From an uncultured Spirochaetales bacterium (GTDB lineage: Bacteria; Spirochaetota; GWE2-31-10; JAFGQB01): 64,000 nucleotides of DNA. The stretch is taken from the NCBI GenBank assembly GCA_964531405.1, contig CAZHHK010000001.1, positions 913 to 64,912 of the forward strand, in the 5' to 3' direction. A program made the position numbers and the translations under genes. The notes beneath the pieces were generated by a model. The model was given only the letters and a program-made list of their open reading frames with translations, did no database searches and was not told where the DNA came from. Positions 19,831 through 29,201 of the stretch are shown one piece after another. The stretch's first letter is position 1, and each line of letters begins with the position of its first letter.

Positions 19831-21293
19831 ATTTATCTTATCTTAATGAAAATGAAATAATAAGCCTTTATGAACTTTTTTTTGGGAACGTTTTAATCAA
19901 AAAAAACGGCTTTTCATACTATGACAATCTGTCGAAAAATTTAACAAAAGAAGAAGTAATAACAAATTCCCTACAAAAATTGAATGATATTGAAAAATCA
20001 ATCTTAAAAATTCTTTCATTTACAACAATAATCCCTTATAAATTTATAAATGAAAAATTAAGCATTTTGCTGGATTTGCCAATTATATCGATTAATAAGG
20101 CAATAAATAATCTTTTGGAAAAAAAATTTATTTTTATAAGAAATGATAATTCGATTGTTATTCCAAATATCTTTTATAAAAATGAAAAACAAAACATTTA
20201 TTTTCAGAAAATAAATCCTCTAATTATAGATAAAAAAAATAATTTACTTACCGATTTTAACAACTTAATAAATATTTTTATTTCTAAGGAGATAAAATTC
20301 ACAAATAATTTCAATCTATATAAAAAAGACATTGAAACTGTAAAAGAGTACATGTCTAATTATTCAAATTTTGATGATACAAAAATTGCCCTTGTCGGTA
20401 ATTTTTTTTGCAGATATTTTTTTGATAATGAAAACAATCTGTTGTATAATTGTTTACAATCTTATTTTGAAATGGAAAATGAAAAAAAACTCTACTGCAT
20501 AATAGAAAACACATTGCCTTCTTTTTATAACCTTTTGATGAATTTTGATGAAGGATATTCAATAAAAATTGATATAGAAAATTTTAAGAAATTATATAAC
20601 AGCTCTTTCCTTATAACTGAATATAAAAACGAACCAATTGATGTAAATTTTGAGAATTTATTATTTCTTTTAAATGAATTTGAATTGATTGAATATAATA
20701 CATCACAAAACTATATAATTTTCCCGGTGAAAAGCAATAATAAAAACATAATCAATGATCAGGTTAACCTCACAACAAGTTTTAATGTTTATATAAACGC
20801 TGACACCAGGAATCCTAATTACTATCTTCTTTCATTCTTTGCCGATATTATAAAATATAATAAAATATCAGAATACGAAATTACTGAAAATTCAATCAAA
20901 AGATGCTCAAGATACAATATTACAATAGAAAACATAAGAGATTTTTTTAAGGCTTATAAAATCGAACTTCCCAAAAATGTTGAAACAACAATACAACAAT
21001 GGTTTGACAAATATGGTTCATACTATTATACGTCTGGCACAATATTTTTCTGCCAGACTACAGAAAAGGGTAAAATTATTAGTTCACTAATAGATAAAGG
21101 TTTTATTCACGCTTATCAGATTAAAAAAGATGAAATTTTTTTAATCCCTGAAGACTCAAAAAAAGAGTTTTTTGAATTTCTAGGGAAAACAGGGATTTAT
21201 TATAATTTTAAGAATCCTGTTAAATTAATGCATAAAAGTAAAATTACACCTACATCGCTAAAACAGATATTGAATTTTATAGAAAATAATTAG
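19818..21293 (+). CDS. Hypothetical protein, XPB-coupled partner (Bax1-like genomic position; family unassigned)
   Basis: The ORF track starts it at TTG 19797. An ATG at 19818 has AGGAA 5 nt upstream and overlaps the XPB stop (19828-19830) by 13 nt, which suggests translational coupling. The roughly 490-aa product is N/K/I-rich with no motif I can assign. Its 3' end overlaps the convergent GDE gene by 4 nt. Confidence 0.5.
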   Translation: MGEINLSYLNENEIISLYELFFGNVLIKKNGFSYYDNLSKNLTKEEVITNSLQKLNDIEKSILKILSFTTIIPYKFINEKLSILLDLPIISINKAINNLLEKKFIFIRNDNSIVIPNIFYKNEKQNIYFQKINPLIIDKKNNLLTDFNNLINIFISKEIKFTNNFNLYKKDIETVKEYMSNYSNFDDTKIALVGNFFCRYFFDNENNLLYNCLQSYFEMENEKKLYCIIENTLPSFYNLLMNFDEGYSIKIDIENFKKLYNSSFLITEYKNEPIDVNFENLLFLLNEFELIEYNTSQNYIIFPVKSNNKNIINDQVNLTTSFNVYINADTRNPNYYLLSFFADIIKYNKISEYEITENSIKRCSRYNITIENIRDFFKAYKIELPKNVETTIQQWFDKYGSYYYTSGTIFFCQTTEKGKIISSLIDKGFIHAYQIKKDEIFLIPEDSKKEFFEFLGKTGIYYNFKNPVKLMHKSKITPTSLKQILNFIENN

Positions 21294-23737
21294 TTTTTAG
21301 CTATATAGTTTTCTAAGAATTTATTATTTTTCATTGTTTCAAAATTGACAAATTGCTCTTCCGTAATATCGGAAGCATAATCAATACCATCGATCAATCT
21401 AGATTCATACTTAATATATCTTGTTTTGACCCCTATTATTGTACTACTCCCTATAAAATTTATTTCCCCTAACTTTATAAAACTATTCTCCTGCGACTCA
21501 AAATTAATCCTTACTACATCTTTAGCTTTTTTTAAACACAATAAAACAGAAACAATTTTAACCCGTGTTTTGTTTTTATTTAAACCAAGATCGAATTTCA
21601 AATTAATATTTATACTACTGTCAAGTTTTACTCCCTTTAATTCCATATAAGCGATAAAATTATCTTTTTTGTTCATTCTGCAATAAAACGAGATTACCTC
21701 GTCATTCTCAAATTTAATATTTGTTTTTAAAAAACCAAGCCTCACCGGTATTCTAGGATTAATAAATATTTTTCTTTTGGGTATAACGTACCTAATGCCC
21801 AAATAATCCTGATAAAAACTTCTTAATAACTCTCCAGAGCTCCATGCCTGACTGAAAGCACCTGAAATATTTATTTTATCTTTATAGTAAGTATCAATAA
21901 CCTCACTTAAAGTACCAATAGATTCGGATTCTGTAATTTGACGAATTATATTTTGGGTCTGTTTATACGAAAAGTTATTTAGTCCCAGCCTGCATGCAGT
22001 ATGAATAAACATCCCTGAAAGCCAATTCCAGATAATCCCGTTATGATAGCTTGCGTCCTTATTAAAATGTTCATCTATATGTACAGGGTGAAAGTATTTA
22101 TCGTCTTTTGATAATGTTGCAACACCATTTTTATAAATCAGCTCTTTTGAAATAAATTCAAAACATTTCAAAATTGTTAATTTGCTAAAAAGTTTAGGCA
22201 CTCTATAAATACATGTAAAATAAAAAGCAATTAGACAGTTGGGTCTTATTTGATTGCTACCTTTATATTTATCATTTAATGAATCAAAAATATAAGGTGC
22301 TTTGTCTGAAATAAAATATTTATTTATCGACGCTTTCATTTTAACTGCCTCATTCTCATAAAGAGAAATATCATCTTTAATTTTATTCAATTCTTTAATT
22401 TCTTTCTTATTCTTAAAATAATCTATAGCAAATCTCCCAAGATTAATCGCACAATACAATGCAGTATACCAGAGCGCCTGTATCTCAACAGCATAACAGC
22501 CTCTGTTACTGTAGGGATATTTGCCATCTAATTCTGTATCCATCCATGTTTCAGACGGCTGATGTTTCAATAAATTATTGCTGTCTTTTTTCTTTAAGTA
22601 CACTTCATTTATAACAAGGCTTATTGCATCCCAAAAATAAATGATTTTTTCATAATCGTTTGAATATAAAAAAGTTTCGTATATCTCTCTTATAAAAAGA
22701 CCCGAAGAATCAATAGAATTATATGAAAAATCTTTATCATTTAAGATTAAATTCGGTATTCTTCCAAAATGGTTACTGTTTTTATCTTTGCACTGAAATT
22801 TAAAAAAATTATCCAGAATCTCGAAGGCTTCTTTTATCTTGCCTTTTACCAACAAAATTCCTGGCAATGAAATGAATGTATCCCTACCCCAGTAATTATT
22901 AAACCAGGGGAATCCGGCAAAAATGCCTAGTAATCCATCCTTTTTCATAACAAAATTTTCACTCGATGCAACAATCATATTAATCGCTTTTTCAAAATCT
23001 TTTTCTTCGGTTTTAATATCTAAATCATCGATTATTTTATAACAACTCTTTTGATGCTCTTCCTTCATTTGCATAATTTCTGCAGGAGAAATATCCATCT
23101 TGCTTTTAAGATTTTTATAATCCGAATCATAAACAATATACAAATATGGGAAATTATCAGCTACATTTTGAGGCTTTAGCAAAAACTGTATAGACCTTTT
23201 ATCAATCTCGATATCATTGATATCATAATCTATATCAACAATAATGCCTACATACATTTTTTTAGGAGAAGCGCAATTATCATTCGTGTCTAAATTATAC
23301 TCAACAACAATATTGGAAATATTCTTTTCTATAATTTCAAAATCATTTTCAATATTAAAAAATAAATTGTAATCTCTAACATTGCTTGTGATAATACTTT
23401 TATTACCGATTTCAGCAAGCAATCCTTTGTCATTTTTTAACAAATATAATTGAAGGTTGACTTTCTTTATAAAATTTATCTGGATACAATCCGGAGAATA
23501 TGACTTTGATTCAATCTTATTGTTTTTTTCTTCTAAAATTATGGATTTTATTAAATTTAATCCCCTTGACCATAATCCTTCAAATTTATCATTTTGATTA
23601 ACTACAATTAAATATGTCTCATAATTATCAGAAACAACTATTTTAGAATTATTATTTTTTGATACTATTTTAAGATTACGTGAAGAAAACATGTTTTTTC
23701 CCATTAGATTGCTATATTTTGGAATATATAATATCAT
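21290..23737 (-). CDS. Amylo-alpha-1,6-glucosidase / glycogen debranching enzyme, GDE_C (GH133) type
   Basis: 815 aa; central conserved block GFPWFNNYWGRDTFISLPGILL and a downstream (alpha/alpha)6-barrel region typical of archaeal-type GDE / GH133 proteins. Confidence 0.75.
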   Translation of the reverse strand: MILYIPKYSNLMGKNMFSSRNLKIVSKNNNSKIVVSDNYETYLIVVNQNDKFEGLWSRGLNLIKSIILEEKNNKIESKSYSPDCIQINFIKKVNLQLYLLKNDKGLLAEIGNKSIITSNVRDYNLFFNIENDFEIIEKNISNIVVEYNLDTNDNCASPKKMYVGIIVDIDYDINDIEIDKRSIQFLLKPQNVADNFPYLYIVYDSDYKNLKSKMDISPAEIMQMKEEHQKSCYKIIDDLDIKTEEKDFEKAINMIVASSENFVMKKDGLLGIFAGFPWFNNYWGRDTFISLPGILLVKGKIKEAFEILDNFFKFQCKDKNSNHFGRIPNLILNDKDFSYNSIDSSGLFIREIYETFLYSNDYEKIIYFWDAISLVINEVYLKKKDSNNLLKHQPSETWMDTELDGKYPYSNRGCYAVEIQALWYTALYCAINLGRFAIDYFKNKKEIKELNKIKDDISLYENEAVKMKASINKYFISDKAPYIFDSLNDKYKGSNQIRPNCLIAFYFTCIYRVPKLFSKLTILKCFEFISKELIYKNGVATLSKDDKYFHPVHIDEHFNKDASYHNGIIWNWLSGMFIHTACRLGLNNFSYKQTQNIIRQITESESIGTLSEVIDTYYKDKINISGAFSQAWSSGELLRSFYQDYLGIRYVIPKRKIFINPRIPVRLGFLKTNIKFENDEVISFYCRMNKKDNFIAYMELKGVKLDSSININLKFDLGLNKNKTRVKIVSVLLCLKKAKDVVRINFESQENSFIKLGEINFIGSSTIIGVKTRYIKYESRLIDGIDYASDITEEQFVNFETMKNNKFLENYIAKN

Positions 23738-23777
23738 AAATAATGGGAAATTGTTAAATAATTTTAATTTTTGATTA

Positions 23778-23817
23778 ATAAAAAAAGCCCTTTCTTATAG
23801 CTATATGAAGAAAGGGC
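23778..23817 (-). terminator. Rho-independent terminator (minus strand)
   Basis: On the minus strand: GCCCTTTCTT-CATATAGCTAT-AAGAAAGGGC, a perfect 10-bp GC-containing stem followed by T7. It lies between the upstream minus-strand operon (ending at 24012) and the GDE gene start (23737). Confidence 0.7.
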
Positions 23818-24011
23818 GAAAGAAAGATTTTTGGCCTCTGGCATATAGCCTTATAAGACCTTCAGGGGGTTTTATGCTCCCTGACTTATTTATTAAATCC
23901 TGCACGATAATCATATGATGCGTTAATTTTCAAACACATCTTTTGATTTATCATAAATATAAGTTTAATCCAAAAATTCAATTTGTCAATATTAAAATTT
24001 TTATTTTTTTA

Positions 24012-24299
24012 TTAATATTCTTCAATAACAAGATTATAATCATGAAAAATTTCTGATTCATGATTTTCAAGGAAATCTATTATTTTTTGTCCTCTTGCCA
24101 CGGCATGATTATGAGTGTTAGAAATAAAGACAACCCCTATTACACTAGAATTATACAAATCCTGATCATCAACTTCTGCTATCGATGTTTTAAATCTTAC
24201 CCTAATCTTTTCTTTTATGGAATTAACAATACTGCGCTTTTCCTTTATGGATGATACTGGATGAAATCTTAATTCAATCTTTAATATTCCTACAAACAT
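24012..24299 (-). CDS. DUF503 family protein
   Basis: 95 aa; the MFVGILKIELRFH N-terminus and overall length match the DUF503 (YlxP-like) family. Confidence 0.65.
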   Translation of the reverse strand: MFVGILKIELRFHPVSSIKEKRSIVNSIKEKIRVRFKTSIAEVDDQDLYNSSVIGVVFISNTHNHAVARGQKIIDFLENHESEIFHDYNLVIEEY

Positions 24300-24308
24300 G
24301 ATGTTTTA

Positions 24309-25016
24309 TCAACTATTAATACCTGCTAAATAATCCTGAATACATTTATATGCATTTTTTGAGTACTGTTGCAACTTGACCCTTTTTAAACTCATAGCAT
24401 TTTCACTTCTCGATAAAGCCACATAACTTCTAGGTTCTTCTCTTAGTTCCAGGTTATTCAAATCGTGTGTAACCTTATCAATTTTACTAAAGAGTTCTTT
24501 TTCCTCTTCTCCTACAGTTTCAATTTCTATATATGTATCTTTTAAATCATTAAATTTTGATAATTCGATTTTAGTATTACTGTCCAATTTGAATTCATAT
24601 GTCTTTTTAATATTATAGTAAAAAATTAAAGCTGTTTCTTTAAGATAAAATACCACCCTTTTAAAAATATCAGAGTCTATATCGAATTCGTATTCAGTGT
24701 TTTGTTCAATATTATTAAGCATGGATTTGTTTTTAAAAGTAAGTATATACTTTTTTTTATCATAAATTCGCAGTCTTACATATTGAAAATCCTGGACAGG
24801 GATAGCGAATTCTCCTATATCTTTGATTACATCAACATCTTTTTTTAAAATCCTTGTTTCCTGTATATCAAGGATATTTTCACTACCGATTAGATTGCTG
24901 CAAAACCAAAATCCCGATTTATTATGAAAACTGTATTTCCCATATCTATCGATTAAATTTTTTAATGTTTCTTCAAAATTCTTGACAATGAATTTTTTTT
25001 CTACCTCAAGACTCAA
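24309..25016 (-). CDS. CYTH-domain protein (triphosphate tunnel metalloenzyme; CyaB/thiamine-triphosphatase-like)
   Basis: 235 aa; N-terminal EVEKKF (ExExK signature); RLR (YVRLRI); C-terminal ExE cluster (YIEIETVGEEE). This is the full set of CYTH tunnel signatures. Confidence 0.7.
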   Translation of the reverse strand: MSLEVEKKFIVKNFEETLKNLIDRYGKYSFHNKSGFWFCSNLIGSENILDIQETRILKKDVDVIKDIGEFAIPVQDFQYVRLRIYDKKKYILTFKNKSMLNNIEQNTEYEFDIDSDIFKRVVFYLKETALIFYYNIKKTYEFKLDSNTKIELSKFNDLKDTYIEIETVGEEEKELFSKIDKVTHDLNNLELREEPRSYVALSRSENAMSLKRVKLQQYSKNAYKCIQDYLAGINS

Positions 25017-25345
25017 AATTTGCGCACTCCTTTATTGACTTTCTTTTCTAATTTCTTCATTACGTTATCTAAAAATTTATCTTTTTTATCCATCAGATCA
25101 AAAAAATTTATTTCTTCTCTAACCTCATCTGCTGTGAATAAATCCAGTTTATAATAATATGTAGTTTCCTTGAATTTAGTTTCATTTTTAATACCTGTAA
25201 TTTTATAAGTGATACTGCGTGGATTAAGATCATTTTTATGAAAAACATTCCCATTTATGTCTACAAGGTCACCAAATTTTAAAGGATGGTCAATCTCCTG
25301 TATCTCGCCTTCAGGAAAAACCAGAAAATAATTATTAATAACCAT
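25013..25345 (-). CDS. Hypothetical small protein, translationally coupled to the CYTH gene
   Basis: 110-aa ORF; its stop overlaps the CYTH start (ATGA overlap at 25013-25016); no recognisable motif. Confidence 0.4.
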   Translation of the reverse strand: MVINNYFLVFPEGEIQEIDHPLKFGDLVDINGNVFHKNDLNPRSITYKITGIKNETKFKETTYYYKLDLFTADEVREEINFFDLMDKKDKFLDNVMKKLEKKVNKGVRKF

Positions 25346-25390
25346 GATGGAATACTATTAACTTTATTAAAAAATGTCAAGATTAACCAG

Positions 25391-26371
25391 TTAAAAATCT
25401 ATACTATCTATATTAAACATTTCAAAAATAACCTTTCTGAAATCTTCCGGGATTTTTGCCGTAAATTCATCATACTCTTTTAATTTTAATTTATAGGAAT
25501 GCAAAAAATAATGATTTATTCCATATTGTTTGCTTATTTTTCTTGAAGAGATCAAAAAATATTTTTTATCTGCCAATAAGGGATGCTCAAAAGCCTTCAT
25601 ATGAGCCCGTATCTGGTGCTTTTTACCAGTCCACAGATCGATCATTATAAGAGATGCCTCTTTAGTAAAAGCTATAGGTATTACAAGAGTTGCCGAGATT
25701 AAAGGATTTTGTTTTAAAAATTTTTGTTTTTCTGGTATTTCATTTAAGACTTTAAATTCATTGACTTCAACGATTTCTTTTTTGTCATTAATTTTGGAAA
25801 TCAGCAACAATTGTTCTTTAATTCTGCCATAAACTATTGCAATATACTTTTTAACTGTTTCCCTTTCCCTTAATTGCCTAGTTATTTCCTGCAATGTATT
25901 ATGATTTTTTGCCACTATTATTATACCGCTGGTGTTTCTGTCAAGCCTGTTACATGGAGACGGTGTAAATGCATCTAGAGGATCATATTGCCCTTTATTG
26001 TATAAATACGATCTGGATATTTCATATATACTATTTTTAAAATTTTTACCGTCAGGCTGGCTTAAAACACCTCTGGGTTTATTAATTGCAAGAATATTGT
26101 CGTCTTCAAAGACTATATCTATATTTTTTTTTACAGCTTGAAATTTATTTTTTTTACCTTTTTTTTCAAAATGTTCATTTTTTATATAAAGGATCACTCT
26201 ATCTTTCTCTTTTAACAGGTAATCAGAATTTACTTTTTTATCATTAACCGCTATAATTTTTTTTCTTATTAATTTGAAAATTTCACTGTTTTTTAATCCG
26301 GGCAATACTGCTTTAACAAAATTAAATAGTTTTTTGCCTTCATTCCTATAATCAACAACAAATTCTTTCAT
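25391..26371 (-). CDS. RluA-family 23S rRNA pseudouridine synthase (S4-like N-terminal domain)
   Basis: 326 aa; catalytic Asp motif RLDRNTSGIIIVAKN; C-terminal HQIRAHM motif; N-terminal S4-like RNA-binding region. Confidence 0.85.
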   Translation of the reverse strand: MKEFVVDYRNEGKKLFNFVKAVLPGLKNSEIFKLIRKKIIAVNDKKVNSDYLLKEKDRVILYIKNEHFEKKGKKNKFQAVKKNIDIVFEDDNILAINKPRGVLSQPDGKNFKNSIYEISRSYLYNKGQYDPLDAFTPSPCNRLDRNTSGIIIVAKNHNTLQEITRQLRERETVKKYIAIVYGRIKEQLLLISKINDKKEIVEVNEFKVLNEIPEKQKFLKQNPLISATLVIPIAFTKEASLIMIDLWTGKKHQIRAHMKAFEHPLLADKKYFLISSRKISKQYGINHYFLHSYKLKLKEYDEFTAKIPEDFRKVIFEMFNIDSIDF

Positions 26372-26378
26372 TAAAATT

Positions 26379-28889
26379 TTACACTTCCATTTCTTCTGCC
26401 AAATTAATAATCTTATGATGAATGGATTCGATTATATGCTTTTCCTTATCGTTCCAGGCTGGAATGCTGGAACTGAAAAGTTTTTCCATAGTCTCAAGTG
26501 ATGTTTCTATAGCATTAAAGAAATCCTTTTCAAGGTAAAAATTATATATATTCTCTTCGGTTGAGTTTATACATAAAAACCCTGCATAAAGCGATGTTTT
26601 TTTTGTTATTGTAGGTTTTAAAAGGAGTTTTAAATATCTATATATTGCATCCCAGTCATTAGGATATAAAAAATTCTGTCCTTTAGGATACCTATCATTC
26701 AATCCATTATCCAAATCGATTTTGTCAAAATATTTTAGCAAAGAATTCAGTTTGTCTGTAAGAATAATTTTTTCCTTAAAGACAAGCCTTGCATTAAGCT
26801 TACCAAAATCCATTTCTATGATTTCTTCCTTTTTGCTCTTCAGTTGAATTATTATATGATAAGGTACACTTACATAGACACCAGTTTTATCCTTAAGAAC
26901 ATCAAAATACTTGTCCAAGATAAATATTCGTTTTTGCTCCTCTACTTTAGTCTGCTTGTACTTTGCAGTTTCCAGAGAGACACCTTTTTTCTTCAAGAAT
27001 GACTTTTTTGTGACAGCAAGATAAACATCATGAAAATTATTCTTTAAGACTTTTTCAGGTAAAACACTAGACGACCTTATGTATGTCCTGCCAGTATTTA
27101 CAACTTCTCCTCCTATAAGCCAATCCGGAGCCTGCCCAAATAAAAATGAACCCGGATGGATTCTTATATCCGTCTCCGTTGCAGAATAATATATATTCTT
27201 TTTTTTATGATCTTTCTTACAGATATACTGCTTTAATCCAGCACATATACAGCATATTATATCATCAGCATCATAACGACTCTTTATATTGTACCCTTTC
27301 TCGAGTACCATGTCGGTTATTTGAGAATGAATATTGACGATTTCATTCATTGTACGAAGATCAAGGTAATACTTTTTGCAAAACTTCTCTTTTGCGCTAG
27401 TTTTGGTAAACATAAAAAATAGATTGATCCATGAAAAGAAGTCTCCACCCTTTACCATGAATTTTTTTTGTGCCATCCTGCTTTCTATCTCTTCTCCCAG
27501 AGGATAAAGAAAAGGAGTTTTTGCAGATAAAAATGAAATTACAATAATTACATAATCTATAACATTGGTATATTTAAGTAAAGCTTCCAACAAAATTCTA
27601 GACAACCTCGGTTCCAGTGGAAAATCAACCATCTTCTTTCCGATATCTGTCATCTTCTCATTCTCATTTAATGCCCCGATTTGAATTAAGGTCTCTATTG
27701 CAGAATAAATCGCACCCTGTTTTGGTGGTGCGATAAAGTCAAATTCCGAATAATGATTGATGCCAAGATCTGCCATTCTAAGTACAACTTCAGAGAGGTC
27801 TGTCCTGTAAATTTCCTCTTTCGTAAACAATTCTCTTTTTTCATAATCCTCTTCAGAATAAAGCCTATAAACAATGCCAGGCGCCGTTCGTCCAGCCCTT
27901 CCAGCCCTCTGATTGCATGATGCCTTTGAAATCGGTTTTGATTCGAGGAATGAAGTAAAAGTCCTGGGATTATAAAAATTTAGCTTTGATATACCTGGAT
28001 CGATTACATGTATAATCCCATCTATTGTTATTGAAGTTTCAGCAATATTAGTTGCAACAACAACCTTCCTTTTTCCTGGGAATTCGTTGAAAACTTTTTT
28101 CTGCTCTTCGGAAGAAAGTCGAGCATACAAAGGCAACACTTCAAGGCAATTTTCAAATTCCACACTCAATTCAGTCAATCTTTCACAGCATTCCTTGATC
28201 GAGTCTTCTCCTGGAAGGAATATTAAGATATCTCCATCGATTTTTTTAATAATTAAATTTTTTACTATATCAACTATCGTTATCTGTAATAAATCCCTGT
28301 CACCAGGATTTTTTAACGGCATATACCGGATATCAATCGAATAAGGTTTTGTTTCAATCGAAATAATTGGCGCATTATTAAAAAATTCGCTAAATAATTT
28401 TGCATTTATAGTAGCCGATGAAACTACTACTTTAAAATCTGGTCTCTGTTTGACTATCTGCTTTAACAGGCCAAGCACAAAATCAATATTAAGACTTCTC
28501 TCATGAGCCTCATCTACCATTATAATAGAATATTTGGAGAGTAAAAAATCGCTTCGCAATTCTTCAAGGAGAATTCCATCAGTCATTATCTTAATCTTTG
28601 TGTGCTCGCTTGTCCTGTCCTCAAACCTCATCTTGTATCCAACCAGCCTACCCAGCTCTACACCCATCTCTTCGGCAATACGAGTCGAAACGCCGAAAGC
28701 AGCAATCCTCCTTGGCTGGGTTACACCTATAGTCCCCCATTCATTTAAGCCCGCTTCAAAAAGTATTTGTGGGATCTGGGTAGTTTTACCTGATCCGGTT
28801 GGTGCTTCAACGACTACAACCTGATTCTTCATCACGGCATCGATAATTTGTGTTTTATACTGATTTACAGCTAATAGTTCTTTTTTCAT
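26379..28889 (-). CDS. ATP-dependent DEAH-box helicase, HrpB-like
   Basis: 836 aa; Walker A GSGKTTQIPQ; motif II DEAHERS; motif VI QRAGRAGR; HA2/OB-like C-terminal region; the size matches HrpB. Confidence 0.85.
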   Translation of the reverse strand: MKKELLAVNQYKTQIIDAVMKNQVVVVEAPTGSGKTTQIPQILFEAGLNEWGTIGVTQPRRIAAFGVSTRIAEEMGVELGRLVGYKMRFEDRTSEHTKIKIMTDGILLEELRSDFLLSKYSIIMVDEAHERSLNIDFVLGLLKQIVKQRPDFKVVVSSATINAKLFSEFFNNAPIISIETKPYSIDIRYMPLKNPGDRDLLQITIVDIVKNLIIKKIDGDILIFLPGEDSIKECCERLTELSVEFENCLEVLPLYARLSSEEQKKVFNEFPGKRKVVVATNIAETSITIDGIIHVIDPGISKLNFYNPRTFTSFLESKPISKASCNQRAGRAGRTAPGIVYRLYSEEDYEKRELFTKEEIYRTDLSEVVLRMADLGINHYSEFDFIAPPKQGAIYSAIETLIQIGALNENEKMTDIGKKMVDFPLEPRLSRILLEALLKYTNVIDYVIIVISFLSAKTPFLYPLGEEIESRMAQKKFMVKGGDFFSWINLFFMFTKTSAKEKFCKKYYLDLRTMNEIVNIHSQITDMVLEKGYNIKSRYDADDIICCICAGLKQYICKKDHKKKNIYYSATETDIRIHPGSFLFGQAPDWLIGGEVVNTGRTYIRSSSVLPEKVLKNNFHDVYLAVTKKSFLKKKGVSLETAKYKQTKVEEQKRIFILDKYFDVLKDKTGVYVSVPYHIIIQLKSKKEEIIEMDFGKLNARLVFKEKIILTDKLNSLLKYFDKIDLDNGLNDRYPKGQNFLYPNDWDAIYRYLKLLLKPTITKKTSLYAGFLCINSTEENIYNFYLEKDFFNAIETSLETMEKLFSSSIPAWNDKEKHIIESIHHKIINLAEEMEV

Positions 28890-29136
28890 AGATACCTTAA
28901 TATATAATTAAATGCTTAAATATCAAAGACTTTTTCAGAAATTCCTCATGTTAAAATTTTATGACTCGGTTCCCTTGGTTAAAATTTCCATAAATGTTTA
29001 CCTGTGAAAGGCATTTATTCCAAAATTTCTTATGTTTTCGTTATAAAATTAAATATTATAACAAATTACTGGTGGCAGATTAAAATAAAGAAAAAAATAA
29101 TTACATCAAAAATTTTTTAAGTTTTTTAATAAACAA

Positions 29137-29165
29137 TTGTATGTCATTATAAAAATAGGTATAAT
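29137..29165 (+). promoter_or_regulatory. Sigma70-like promoter for the PDO-like gene (TTGTAT-17 nt-TATAAT)
   Basis: -35 TTGTAT at 29137-29142; 17-nt spacer; -10 TATAAT at 29160-29165; about 90 nt upstream of the 29253 start. By-eye assignment in an AT-rich intergenic region. Confidence 0.4.
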
Positions 29166-29201
29166 AACTGAAATTCGAGTCAAGGCGTTTTTTATAAAAA
29201 A

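Noticed and set aside
23787-23884. tRNA or tmRNA fragment in the GC-containing spacer
   Set aside because: There is no acceptor-stem/T-loop (GTTCRA) arrangement and the length and structure do not fit a cloverleaf. It is better explained as a terminator plus an extra hairpin.
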